64,000 nucleotides of DNA. Source: Omnitrophica bacterium GWA2_41_15. Lineage in GTDB: Bacteria; Omnitrophota; Gorgyraeia; Gygaellales; UBA12090. Position 1 is the first letter of the stretch. Each line of letters starts with the position of its first letter. Shown piece by piece: positions 37,744 to 46,351 of the stretch. The translations under genes were made by a program, and so were the position numbers. The notes under the pieces were generated by a model. That model saw only the letters and a program-made list of their open reading frames with translations. It was not told where the DNA came from and did not search any database. The stretch is from assembly GCA_919902675.1 (NCBI GenBank), contig CAKKRH010000013.1, forward strand, positions 47,239 to 111,238. The letters run 5' to 3'.

Positions 37744-38077
37744 TTTTACGGCCCTCCTTGTTTTGGGTGGTGGTTAGTTTGATAAAATCCTTGAGGTTCA
37801 GGATTACATAATCGGACTTATCGTTCTTGTATTTAAAGACAAGGAGCGGAAACTTGGCTAAAGCTTGAGCCTCCTTTTCAATTTTCTTTAGCCACTCCTT
37901 TTCTATTGAGATATGCTTTTTGCCTGATGAGCCGCGGAGTTTACATTCAACCAGGAATTTATCGCTAATGACATCCCCGGGCATAAAAGATAAACCTCCG
38001 CTTAAAGGGATTCTTTTGCCTCCCAATACCCTGGCGATTCTTCTTTCCATTGCTTTAGGGGTGTTTCTGTGGGTCAT
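37736..38077 (-). CDS. Small PD-(D/E)XK nuclease, putative Holliday-junction resolvase-like
   Basis: ERRIARVLGGKRIPLSGG...PGDVISDKFLVECKLR shows the E...D...ExK arrangement typical of Hjc/RecU-like resolvases. Confidence 0.5.
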   Translation of the reverse strand: MTHRNTPKAMERRIARVLGGKRIPLSGGLSFMPGDVISDKFLVECKLRGSSGKKHISIEKEWLKKIEKEAQALAKFPLLVFKYKNDKSDYVILNLKDFIKLTTTQNKEGRKNG

Positions 38078-38119
38078 TTGGTGTTTGTGTGTTTTAAATA
38101 TAAATATAAAGCCAAAATA

Positions 38120-38743
38120 TCAGGTTATTGATCTGATGACCTCTTTTATGGCTACCGGCTGTTTAGGGTGCTCTCTAAAGCCTTGGTCCCTGGTTTTTAA
38201 AGAGAAAAATCTTGAAAAACAGTTCCTTTCTTTACTATTTTCTTTATATATATTTCTTTCTTTTCTTTCACCCGACGCTAAACTGTGGGCTCCAGTGTCC
38301 ATAGGAGTGTGGACATTTTTGGCATTTACTGTGGACGCCCCGGACAACACCCTATGGACAGCGGTGTCCATAGGGCTTGAAGTTTTCCACAGCCCCCAGA
38401 CAAGGTAATATTTATTCAGCCCAAAGACTGAACCTGTATAACTTGATTCCCTAATCAGAATGTTATCCCTCACCAGCTTGTCTATCGTCCTTTTGACCTG
38501 CCTTCTTGATATGCCGCAGGCATTGGCAATAATTCCATAGCTTAACTTATTCTTTTTCAGCTTCCAGCCGTAGGTCCGGCGGATAATCACCAGAAGCACC
38601 TTATATTCGCAGCGGGTAAAAGGATATAATGCCAATATTTCGAGCAGCTCATTGGCAATAGTGGTATATCCGTTGGTATTATCCGGTTTCCCTGTGCGCA
38701 TTGAAGTCAAGCTCCATCTGTATTTCCTTGCCCAGTTCGGCAC
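38120..38743 (-). CDS. Replication initiator-like protein (phage replication protein O N-terminal / DnaD-like winged helix)
   Basis: GYTTIANELLEILALYPFTRCEYKVLLVIIRRTYGWKLKKNKLSYGIIANACGISRRQVKRTIDKLVRDNILI. The start is probably MRTGKP at 38701. Confidence 0.6.
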   Translation of the reverse strand: MPNWARKYRWSLTSMRTGKPDNTNGYTTIANELLEILALYPFTRCEYKVLLVIIRRTYGWKLKKNKLSYGIIANACGISRRQVKRTIDKLVRDNILIRESSYTGSVFGLNKYYLVWGLWKTSSPMDTAVHRVLSGASTVNAKNVHTPMDTGAHSLASGERKERNIYKENSKERNCFSRFFSLKTRDQGFREHPKQPVAIKEVIRSIT

Positions 38744-39035
38744 GGATTGTCTTATTCAAGGCTTTGGCCCGTTTGGAAAGCTCGGCGATCCTTGACCAAT
38801 ACTGCCTTAAGCAGTCTTTAGCTTCTTCTTCATTGGTAATAAAGTAAAACCCGTAGGGATAGCTAACTGATGAGGCTATGGGGCAGTGGTATTCCTGGAC
38901 TAAACGGGAGATGGCTTTTCTGATCCTGCGTTCATCGGAGCCGATTTGAGTCTGGATTTCTTTTACAATGATGGCAGAATCTATGCCTCTATGCCCAGAA
39001 AGCAGTTCAAATATCCTTTGCTCCAGTTTATCCAT
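38679..39035 (-). CDS. Hypothetical winged-helix-like protein
   Basis: 118-aa ORF in the replication gene cluster, containing RIFELLSGHRGIDSAIIVKEIQTQIGSDERRIRKAISRLV. Confidence 0.4.
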   Translation of the reverse strand: MDKLEQRIFELLSGHRGIDSAIIVKEIQTQIGSDERRIRKAISRLVQEYHCPIASSVSYPYGFYFITNEEEAKDCLRQYWSRIAELSKRAKALNKTIRAELGKEIQMELDFNAHRETG

Positions 39036-39675
39036 CAGCTTTTTCCGGATTGAGCTTGCCTTTTAAGATATCGATAAACTTTGAGGCCTGGGATTTGGTT
39101 AAATCTCCTGTTGAGACAACTCCGAAATTATTCTCTAAGATTTGAGAATAATCCTCGTCCCTTAAATTCAATTGCAGGCTTAACATATGGATATACTTGC
39201 TTTGTAAATGGGTTATTTTCTCTTCGTTAGGCTTTGGCTGGGGGATTTCAACTTTATCTTGGGTGTCCTGTCTGGAAAGCGCGTCTTTTACTTCCTCAGC
39301 GCTGGCGATACCTGCGCCCAGGAGTCCAATGCCAAAGAAACCCAGGCATCTGCCGTAAGCAGAGGTCTCCGCATTTTCATAAGGGTTAGTCTTATCAACC
39401 ATCGTCTGGCCATAGGCCCCAGCAGAGGCTTCGGTAGTGCCGAAGATCTGGGAATAGACTTTGGCGTGGCAGATGATGTTTCCTTCGGCATCTTTCTCGA
39501 ATCTGCGGGTGAACTTGAATTTCCTGTCTTGCTCCTTATGTATGTCGGTAAATTCCTTTACCCGGCCGTCAACCATCATATATTCGTTGATAACAGTACT
39601 ATAAGTGCCGTCTTCCTGGCGCTGTTTGCGGTTTATCTTCTGAATGAATTGGGAATAGTCTTTCTTCTCCATCAC
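39028..39675 (-). CDS. Putative single-strand annealing / DNA-binding protein (Rad52/Sak-like)
   Basis: NAETSAYGRCLGFFGIGLLGAGIASAEEV resembles the conserved Rad52-type motif as I remember it. An AGGAGG SD is present. The call is tentative. Confidence 0.4.
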   Translation of the reverse strand: MMEKKDYSQFIQKINRKQRQEDGTYSTVINEYMMVDGRVKEFTDIHKEQDRKFKFTRRFEKDAEGNIICHAKVYSQIFGTTEASAGAYGQTMVDKTNPYENAETSAYGRCLGFFGIGLLGAGIASAEEVKDALSRQDTQDKVEIPQPKPNEEKITHLQSKYIHMLSLQLNLRDEDYSQILENNFGVVSTGDLTKSQASKFIDILKGKLNPEKADG

Positions 39676-39779
39676 CAGCCTCCTTTGCTTTTTGCTCGCG
39701 GATATACTCCGTGAACATGCCGGCTAATATTTTGATAAACAATTCGTAATCCCGCTTAGATACCGGCGCGTATTCAACC

Positions 39780-40103
39780 TCAATCCGCATTTCTTGCCCC
39801 GGGCTTAAACTGAAGCACCCGCAATAAAGCCTCTATCGCTGGGTGCGGATAGATGTCGTTTCTTTCGCTGTCTATATCAAAAATGACTCCGTAACCGGTA
39901 ATTGTTTCCAGCTTGTCAATGGTCCTGTAATAAATATCTTCAATAGAATTAGCGATTTCCCAAATGAGCTTATCGTCCGCCTTGTTGGTGATAAAAATAC
40001 CTCCCAAACATAGGGCGATGTCCCTAAAGGCTCCATTAACCAGGTCGTAGAGCTGTTTTTCTTTTGATTGCCGCATATTGACACCTCCTCCTTCTTTCTT
40101 CAC
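39780..40103 (-). CDS. Hypothetical 107-aa protein
   Basis: ORF in the co-oriented gene string, with no recognisable motif. Confidence 0.4.
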   Translation of the reverse strand: MKKEGGGVNMRQSKEKQLYDLVNGAFRDIALCLGGIFITNKADDKLIWEIANSIEDIYYRTIDKLETITGYGVIFDIDSERNDIYPHPAIEALLRVLQFKPGARNAD

Positions 40104-40113
40104 TTTTAATATG

Positions 40114-40899
40114 TCAAGCCGGGGTTAATTTGTGACAAAGAATTTTTATTTTTTTATTGTTAAAATGGGCGCGGACAGCTTTTTGGACCCTTACCTTCCT
40201 CTGGCGTATGGCAGAGTAAGAGATATTTCCTAATTCCAGGGATAAATCCTTAAGGGATTTTCCATACACTTTGGCTGCCAGGAGGATATAGCTGTCTGTT
40301 TTAGAGATAATCCCATCTTTGACTAAACTATCCAGGGAGAAGCTAGTGTCTTGAGGGGTAACTTGCGCAGGCATAACGGTGGGATCATCCTTAAAAATGT
40401 TTCGCAGATCCTGATGGGAATCGATCTCCTTAAAAAGGGATTTAAAATAATCCCTTAACCTGTTCCGCAGCCTGCCTAAAATCTTGGCGGCAAGCCGGGT
40501 TTTATCCAGATTCAGGTCAAACCGGCTTAATTCTTCAAGAAAGAAGGTCACTATCTGAAGCCAAAGGTCTAATTCGCCTGTTGAGGGAAATTGCTTGGCC
40601 CTTAGCCTAAACTGTGAAAATAAGCTAAGGAGGCCTGGCTTAAAGATAAGCAGGAGATACGCGCCCAGGAATTTTGCTTGCGGAGGGGATTGATACTCCT
40701 GAATAAGGATTGAGAGGATTTTATCGTTTAGCTGGTAGTCTGGATTGAGTTGGTTATGTAGATGAGTGATCAGGGCCTGGGGAGTGGGGCAAAACTCAAG
40801 CGGGGGGCGATTTTTTCGGATAAGCGCATATAGACTAAGGAGCCTTTCCGATGCTATCTCATCTTCTAAACCCTTAAAAAGCTGTGCTATCCGTTCCAA
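40114..40899 (-). CDS. Sigma-70-like / HTH regulator (region-4-like C-terminus)
   Basis: The C-terminal YILLAAKVYGKSLKDLSLELGNISYSAIRQRKVRVQKAVR looks like sigma region 4. The N-terminal part is divergent. Confidence 0.4.
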   Translation of the reverse strand: MERIAQLFKGLEDEIASERLLSLYALIRKNRPPLEFCPTPQALITHLHNQLNPDYQLNDKILSILIQEYQSPPQAKFLGAYLLLIFKPGLLSLFSQFRLRAKQFPSTGELDLWLQIVTFFLEELSRFDLNLDKTRLAAKILGRLRNRLRDYFKSLFKEIDSHQDLRNIFKDDPTVMPAQVTPQDTSFSLDSLVKDGIISKTDSYILLAAKVYGKSLKDLSLELGNISYSAIRQRKVRVQKAVRAHFNNKKIKILCHKLTPA

Positions 40900-40962
40900 G
40901 GCGCTATAAACCCTCGCTCAAAAACAAGGGTTTCTAGAACCTCGGAGTTCTTGTTGGTTAAG

Positions 40963-41211
40963 TTAAAACCGCACTAATGTTTTACAGGTTTTACATTTGA
41001 CTTCCACCAGATAGCCGGCAAGTTTTCTCTCCTGGTAGCCGCAAGGGCAGTCAAAAAAGAGGATAATCCGGCCTGTGGTCTTATCCAGAGAGCCTTTTGC
41101 GCTTACTTTATTGCCGCAGTGGCAAGCTAAGATTCCGCTAAGCTCAAAGAAGGGCTTCCGGGCTATTTCAGCGACCTTTTTAGCGCATGCGGGGCATCTT
41201 ACTTCATGCAT
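40963..41211 (-). CDS. Zinc-ribbon protein (Mu Com-like)
   Basis: The CxxC pairs are RCPACAKK, CHCGNK, CPCGY and KCKTCKT. Confidence 0.4.
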   Translation of the reverse strand: MHEVRCPACAKKVAEIARKPFFELSGILACHCGNKVSAKGSLDKTTGRIILFFDCPCGYQERKLAGYLVEVKCKTCKTLVRF

Positions 41212-41217
41212 AAGGCA

Positions 41218-41269
41218 AATAAAAAAGGGCTGGCTTCCCTGAATGCACCTTTTCAGGAAAACCAGCCCT
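41218..41269 (-). terminator. Rho-independent terminator downstream of the 41400..42263 gene
   Basis: On the minus strand, GGGCTGGTTTTCCTGAA / TTCAGGGAAGCCAGCCC form a 17-bp stem with 2 mismatches, followed by TTTTTTATTT. Confidence 0.6.
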
Positions 41270-41399
41270 GTTTTTCTCCGGCCCGTTAGGCCGAGTGACA
41301 GCGACTGTTATAAAACCATGTTTTTAGAACTCAATATTATAAATACACCCGCGGTATGAAATTGTCAAGGATTTCTTCTCATTTCTTCTCATAAGAGCT

Positions 41400-42263
41400 T
41401 CATTTATTTAATGCGCATGCATCTTGAAACAGCTTTGCGATAATTGTTTTGTTGTTTTTGAAAACTGAGGCTTGCAAAGGAATTCCAAAGATGTCTTCTT
41501 TTTTAGGATTAAAAGGTATGCCAGCCTCTTCAAAGATCCCTTTTACCTTGGCAATGTTTTCTTTCCCCACCCTTATATCAAAATAACAATATCCTTCTTT
41601 CTTCCTGGGATGAAACCATGCAAAATTTTTTCTCTGCGTACCAAGAGCTATATGATGTTTATTATATGTAACTCTTGGACTATCGTAGATTTCTTTAGTT
41701 AAAGTAACCAATTCATCCACCAAATCTATTGATTTTTGATTGGATCTATTTTCCCAATACCCCCTATCAACGACATCTCCGCCTAAATTTTCTTCGTCCT
41801 CTGGCTCTTCATAAATATCTAAGACCTTAGTGAAATTAAGCGATATTTTATCTTCTATCTTTACAGCGTTTAATTGAATCGCAATTATGGGGATAGACCT
41901 ATTCATAAGGGCTATAACATTAAAAAAGCGGTTTGTAATTTCTTCTGCGATTATTACAGCTTTGTGGTCTTTTGAAGGAAACCGCCTTCTTTCGATATCC
42001 CAATACTCTATTGTCCTTATAATATGGCTTTCATCTGTTGCTCCCAATTGCACTTCCACCTCGTACATGGTTTCTGTTTCTGGGTCATTTAATAAAAAAT
42101 CTATCCTCCCTCCCGTCGATTGCTTCTTTTCTTTTGCAATTATTACTACATCATCCCCCAGCCCTATCAAACCAGGGTCTTCCTCAATAATAGACTGCAA
42201 CCATTTTTCATCATAATAATCTTTGAGGCTCACTTTTTCTAGTTTTGTATATTTCAAACTCAT
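41400..42263 (-). CDS. NucS/DUF91-like PD-(D/E)XK nuclease-domain protein with a DUF4268-like C-terminus
   Basis: WLQSIIEEDPGLIGLGDDVVIIAKEKKQSTGGRIDFLLNDPETETMYEVEVQLG matches the E...GRIDLL..D...vEvK/Q pattern. The start is set at MSLKYTK. Confidence 0.5.
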   Translation of the reverse strand: MSLKYTKLEKVSLKDYYDEKWLQSIIEEDPGLIGLGDDVVIIAKEKKQSTGGRIDFLLNDPETETMYEVEVQLGATDESHIIRTIEYWDIERRRFPSKDHKAVIIAEEITNRFFNVIALMNRSIPIIAIQLNAVKIEDKISLNFTKVLDIYEEPEDEENLGGDVVDRGYWENRSNQKSIDLVDELVTLTKEIYDSPRVTYNKHHIALGTQRKNFAWFHPRKKEGYCYFDIRVGKENIAKVKGIFEEAGIPFNPKKEDIFGIPLQASVFKNNKTIIAKLFQDACALNK

Positions 42264-42491
42264 ATCAATGCCCCCCTTCCCTTTCGCAAGCATATTACCC
42301 AATATTTATCCAAGTCTGCAAGATGCCTCATTTTACCGCTTAACCAAAGATGAAACAAGCGAAAACTTCTATAAGGTTATAAGAATCATTGTCACAAACT
42401 GCGCTGTTTTTGACATACTGTTTTAGAAGGCAAGGAAAAAACTTGACTTTTACAGCAGAGATAAGGATAATATTATTATATGTAATTAGGA

Positions 42492-42749
42492 ATGATTAGA
42501 AATGATTGGAAACCGGACTTTATGAAAAACTATCCTGAAATAATGACGATTAAGCAAGTGGCGGAATACATACAGATTGATATCCACAGTGTCTATAAAA
42601 TGGCTCAGAAGAATAAAATCCCCTGCGCCAAGATTGCCGGGCAATGGCGATTCAAGAAAACAATCCTCAACGAATGGTTATCTCATAAAATATCTAAGCA
42701 CGAAGCTGTGCAAATTTATCAAAAGCCTCTCAAAGTAAAAAATGCTTGA
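42492..42749 (+). CDS. Excisionase-family (MerR-like) HTH DNA-binding protein
   Basis: MTIKQVAEYIQIDIHSVYKMAQKNKIPCAKIAGQWRFKKTILNEWL is the excisionase-family signature. Confidence 0.75.
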   Translation: MIRNDWKPDFMKNYPEIMTIKQVAEYIQIDIHSVYKMAQKNKIPCAKIAGQWRFKKTILNEWLSHKISKHEAVQIYQKPLKVKNA

Positions 42750-43029
42750 GCACTCTGAAATTGCAGGAATAATGGGAAAAACCGTTAAGATGATGAATTC
42801 CCTTCTCCCTCATCTTAACAATACCAATGACGATGCCGCGACCCAGGAAGCAATACAGGAATATTTATCAATACGCTCGGAATTAAGATGGCTGTGCGAT
42901 AAGTTTGAGCACAGCCTTTTAAATGACCCGGATATCCAGTGGATCTGGAAAGATAAGCCGAATATGAGCTGGCTTAATATCTACGACCGGATTTCTTTTA
43001 TTAACCGCAAACTATTTACTATCCTCTAA
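42742..43029 (+). CDS. Hypothetical 95-aa protein between the excisionase-like and recombinase genes
   Basis: ORF with overlapping start and stop junctions on both sides, which suggests translational coupling. Confidence 0.45.
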   Translation: MLEHSEIAGIMGKTVKMMNSLLPHLNNTNDDAATQEAIQEYLSIRSELRWLCDKFEHSLLNDPDIQWIWKDKPNMSWLNIYDRISFINRKLFTIL

Positions 43030-44564
43030 TGAAAACCGCGCTAAAACAGGAAACCATAAAAGCGGCCATCTATGTGCGCGTCTCAACCGATGAGCAGGCA
43101 CAATACGGCTACTCCATTGAGGCCCAAAAGGAAAAACTCCTCGCCTTCTGCAAAAGCCAGGACTGGGAAGTATACAAAACATATGTTGATGACGGCTTCC
43201 GGGCTACGACCCTTAACCGACCCGAGATACAAAAGCTTATAGAAGAATCCAACTCCGGGAAATTTAACATGGTGGTTTTTTACAAATTAGACCGGCTTTC
43301 CCGCTCGGTAAAAGACCTAAGCTATCTTATAGAGACTTTTGAGAAAAATAATACCGCGATAAAGTCCATCACTGAGCCTTTTGACACTTCTTCCCCTCCC
43401 GGCAAGTTAATGTTTAATATGCTCGGCTCTTTCGCGCAATTTGAACGAGAGTTAATCGGGGAACGCACACGATTGGGTGTCGGCAGGCGCGTCAGAGAAG
43501 GAAAATGGACAACCTCTCCCCCTTTTGGCTATAGCATGATAAACGGCGAACTGGTGATTAATGAAAAGGATGTCCCCTTTTACAAACGGATCGTGGAATT
43601 ATGCTTATATCATAATTTCGGGACAAAGCTTATAGCAATGAAATTAAACGAAGAGGACAAAATCACCAAACGGGCCGGCAAATGGTCTGATTCAACCATA
43701 TGGAGAATACTAACCAATCCTGTTTATTACGGCATGGTGAGATGGCACGATGAAATTTACCAGGGTAAACACGAACCGATCATCGCTAAAGAGGAATTTG
43801 AAACGATACAAAAAAGGCTCCGCGAGAAGAACAGGACTCCCGAAAGAAGCCATTCCAGCCCGAACATCCTTAACGGACTTATTGCCTGCGGGCTTTGCAA
43901 TTCAAATCTTACACCCTCCAAAGGGAAAAAGATATACCGCTATTATTCCTGTTTAGGCAGGCAGAAAGGATGTAGTTTACACTATATCAGAACTGATAAA
44001 CTGCACGATGCGATATTGGCTCAGATAAATGAAATAGGCGAGAATCCCCGCATTATTCAGGATTGCATAGAAGAACACAACAAATCTCAATTTTCTAGGC
44101 TCTCCAAGCTGGAAAAAGAGCTTCTTTGTGCCAAAAGAGAGATTATTGAGTTAAACAAGAAAAAAGAAAGAAAAACCGAATGGCTGTCTGAGAATCTTCC
44201 TGATAAAAATGTAGCTTCAATTATTGGAGAAGAAATTCAACAGGCCACAAAACAGATTGAAGAATTGAAAAAAAAGGCTGCCGGAATCGAGGAAACGATT
44301 GAAAAAGAGAATATCAGCGGGGTTAAGCCGGAAATTATAAGCGGATTCCTATTGCGCTTTAAAGACATGTTTAATAAGCTTGATATTTATCAAAAAAGGT
44401 TGTTTATGCAGGCTATAGTAAAGAACATCACTGTCTACAATAAAGATAAAATCCGGCTGTCTTTAGCCCTTCCTTCCGGCCCTCAAAAAGCTGTGGCACA
44501 GAATGAAGTTTTCAAGATTAAACAGCCGGATTTTTACCCTTTCTATGCTGAATGGGGTGGGTAA
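43029..44564 (+). CDS. Large serine recombinase (integrase)
   Basis: The resolvase catalytic domain reads AAIYVRVSTDEQ...YKLDRLSRS. It is followed by a recombinase domain, a Cys-rich zinc ribbon (CGLCNS...YYSC) and a coiled coil. The last 9-12 nt overlap the tRNA-His 3' end on the opposite strand. Confidence 0.9.
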   Translation: MKTALKQETIKAAIYVRVSTDEQAQYGYSIEAQKEKLLAFCKSQDWEVYKTYVDDGFRATTLNRPEIQKLIEESNSGKFNMVVFYKLDRLSRSVKDLSYLIETFEKNNTAIKSITEPFDTSSPPGKLMFNMLGSFAQFERELIGERTRLGVGRRVREGKWTTSPPFGYSMINGELVINEKDVPFYKRIVELCLYHNFGTKLIAMKLNEEDKITKRAGKWSDSTIWRILTNPVYYGMVRWHDEIYQGKHEPIIAKEEFETIQKRLREKNRTPERSHSSPNILNGLIACGLCNSNLTPSKGKKIYRYYSCLGRQKGCSLHYIRTDKLHDAILAQINEIGENPRIIQDCIEEHNKSQFSRLSKLEKELLCAKREIIELNKKKERKTEWLSENLPDKNVASIIGEEIQQATKQIEELKKKAAGIEETIEKENISGVKPEIISGFLLRFKDMFNKLDIYQKRLFMQAIVKNITVYNKDKIRLSLALPSGPQKAVAQNEVFKIKQPDFYPFYAEWGG

Positions 44565-44630
44565 CGGGATTTGAACCCGCGACAACTTGAGCCACAGTCA
44601 AGCGCTCTACCGAGCTGAGCTATACCCACC
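44553..44630 (-). tRNA. tRNA-His (GTG), with encoded G-1 and CCA
   Basis: Manual fold of GGTGGGTATAGCTCAGCTCGGTAGAGCGCTTGACTGTGGCTCAAGTTGTCGCGGGTTCAAATCCCGTTACCCACCCCA. The acceptor is GTGGGTA/TACCCAC, the anticodon loop is CTGTGGC, the T-loop is TTCAAAT, and G-1 pairs with C73. Confidence 0.9.
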
Positions 44631-44686
44631 ATATTATTAAATGGCAAAATTAAAAACCGCGGAAAAGCTTACTGCTGAACGATTAT

Positions 44687-45754
44687 TTATTCTTTCTTAA
44701 AAATTTTCTTCAGGCTCTTGCCGAGCTCTTCAATCTCGCTCACCGCGCCTCTTACCTTGTCCACCACGTTTTCCGGAGGCTGGGCTATTATATTCTCAAC
44801 CGCGGTCTGGGCGATGATGCCTTTAAGATTCAACAGGTCAAAACGTGGATTATCCAGCTTAGTGCGTATGGGAAAATCAAAGATTATCTTTCCTTCGGTA
44901 TCGGAGAGAAAATTAACGATATCGGCAAATAATTCCGGCCTGTCCGCCTGGCCTTCAGGCTGTCGGGTCTGCTTCAGGAGCTCGCCATGGCATTTGATGA
45001 TCAGATCGTTATTCTCGGCTTTTAAATCCGCGGTCAAATCAAGCCTGGCGGAAAGTATTTTTTTAACCGGAACCGCGTCCTGAAAATAGGGGGCCAGTGC
45101 GGCTATGTCTATTTCGGACAACTCCAGCTTCCCATCCATATTTTTTGGCCCAAAGTCTATCCAGCCGGAGGCCTTAAGGCCGCCACCAGGGCGGTTATCC
45201 GCGCTTCTTAAGGCCGCGGATAAATTAAAATTAGTATACAAGGAGGTGGGAGGAAAAGCGATCTTGGCGATATCTATATCTATGCTATCCACATTTACCT
45301 TGTAGCCTTCGGGGCTGAGCTTTTTATCGATAAAAGTAAATTTGCCATCAACCACCTTTAATCCGGCTAAAAGAAAGGGCGGCTGTTTGCCTTTAGACTC
45401 TAAAACAGGCAGGTTAATTCTTCCTTCGGCATCTTTAACCAGGGTAATTTCGGGTTTTATTACTTTTAGCTCATTCAAGATAATTTTCCCGGCTAGGAAA
45501 CCCAGTAGGCTGGGGGAAAGAGATATGGAATCCGCTTTAAACAAATCCCCCACCTCAAGCCCTGTGATAGACACGGAAAGCGGCAGGCTAAAGCTTATTC
45601 TTTCCAGCTTCGCCTTAAGCTTAAGGTTCTGCTCAATCTGACCGGCCACAATGGCCTTGCCGAAGATTATAAAGAGGATATTGGCGGCCAGGAAAATAAA
45701 AAACAATATGCCAGCCAGCCAAGCCACTACCTTAAGAATTGTTTTTCTTTTCAT
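44687..45754 (-). CDS. AsmA-like / DUF748-family membrane protein
   Basis: An N-terminal TM anchor (ILKVVAWLAGILFFIFLAANILFIIF) is followed by a repetitive beta-rich body, as in AsmA/DUF748 proteins. Confidence 0.6.
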   Translation of the reverse strand: MKRKTILKVVAWLAGILFFIFLAANILFIIFGKAIVAGQIEQNLKLKAKLERISFSLPLSVSITGLEVGDLFKADSISLSPSLLGFLAGKIILNELKVIKPEITLVKDAEGRINLPVLESKGKQPPFLLAGLKVVDGKFTFIDKKLSPEGYKVNVDSIDIDIAKIAFPPTSLYTNFNLSAALRSADNRPGGGLKASGWIDFGPKNMDGKLELSEIDIAALAPYFQDAVPVKKILSARLDLTADLKAENNDLIIKCHGELLKQTRQPEGQADRPELFADIVNFLSDTEGKIIFDFPIRTKLDNPRFDLLNLKGIIAQTAVENIIAQPPENVVDKVRGAVSEIEELGKSLKKIFKKE

Positions 45755-45774
45755 AGTTTTTTACCTGTTTTATA

Positions 45775-45848
45775 CGCGCCCGGGCCGGATCGAACGGCCA
45801 ACAACCGGCTTAGAAGGCAGGTGCTCTATCCAATTGAGCTACGGGCGC
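45775..45848 (-). tRNA. tRNA-Arg (TCT)
   Basis: Manual fold of GCGCCCGTAGCTCAATTGGATAGAGCACCTGCCTTCTAAGCCGGTTGTTGGCCGTTCGATCCGGCCCGGGCGCG. The anticodon loop is CTTCTAA, and the anticodon stem has one U-C mismatch. CCA is not encoded. Confidence 0.85.
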
Positions 45849-45852
45849 AATT

Positions 45853-45952
45853 TAGTTGACAGTTGACAGATGACAGTTGACAGATGAAGATGATAACTCA
45901 CAGTTAACAGATGATAGTTGACAGTAAACAGATCACAGATTACAGTTGACAG
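45853..45952. repeat. Degenerate heptanucleotide tandem array (GTTGACA / GATGACA ... about 14 units)
   Basis: GTTGACAGTTGACAGATGACAGTTGACAGATGAAGATGATAACTCACAGTTAACAGATGATAGTTGACAGTAAACAGATCACAGATTACAGTTGACAG. The array supplies the last codons of the four-helix-bundle gene. Confidence 0.85.
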
Positions 45953-46310
45953 AATCAGAAGATAATGAACTAATAAGACCGTTAATCATTTTTGCTAACT
46001 CGTTGCATTCCTTAGTTAATTCTTCAGAGATCGCTTTCTTAACATAATCCTCTCTAAGAGATATTTCTAACAATGGAACACATTCATAAATAGAACCTCT
46101 GGCAACTCTGAGAAACTGAATAAAATCTTTTTTATGATACCTGCTACTGCCCTCTGCTATATTACAGGATACAGATACCGCGGCCCTTCTCATTTGAGAC
46201 GTAAGGCCAAATATCTCATTATTTGGAAAATTTTTAGTTATTTGGTAAACCTTATCGGCAAAATTAATTGCTTTTTTGTATACTTCCAATTTCTCAAAGC
46301 CAAACCCCAT
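45933..46310 (-). CDS. Four-helix-bundle protein (TIGR02436; '23S rRNA intervening-sequence protein' family)
   Basis: FEKLEVYKKAINFADKVYQITKNFPNNEIFGLTSQMRRAAVSVSCNIAEGSSRYHKKDFIQFLRVARGSIYE is the family signature. Confidence 0.85.
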   Translation of the reverse strand: MGFGFEKLEVYKKAINFADKVYQITKNFPNNEIFGLTSQMRRAAVSVSCNIAEGSSRYHKKDFIQFLRVARGSIYECVPLLEISLREDYVKKAISEELTKECNELAKMINGLISSLSSDSVNCNL

Positions 46311-46350
46311 AGCTTATCTGTGAACTGTCAACCGTGAACTGTGAACTAAT
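46311..46350. repeat. Heptanucleotide array (CTGTGAA / CTGTCAA), inverted relative to 45853..45952
   Basis: The sequence is CTTATCTGTGAACTGTCAACCGTGAACTGTGAACTAAT. Its reverse complement contains GTTGACAGTTCACAG. Confidence 0.8.
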
Positions 46351-46351
46351 A

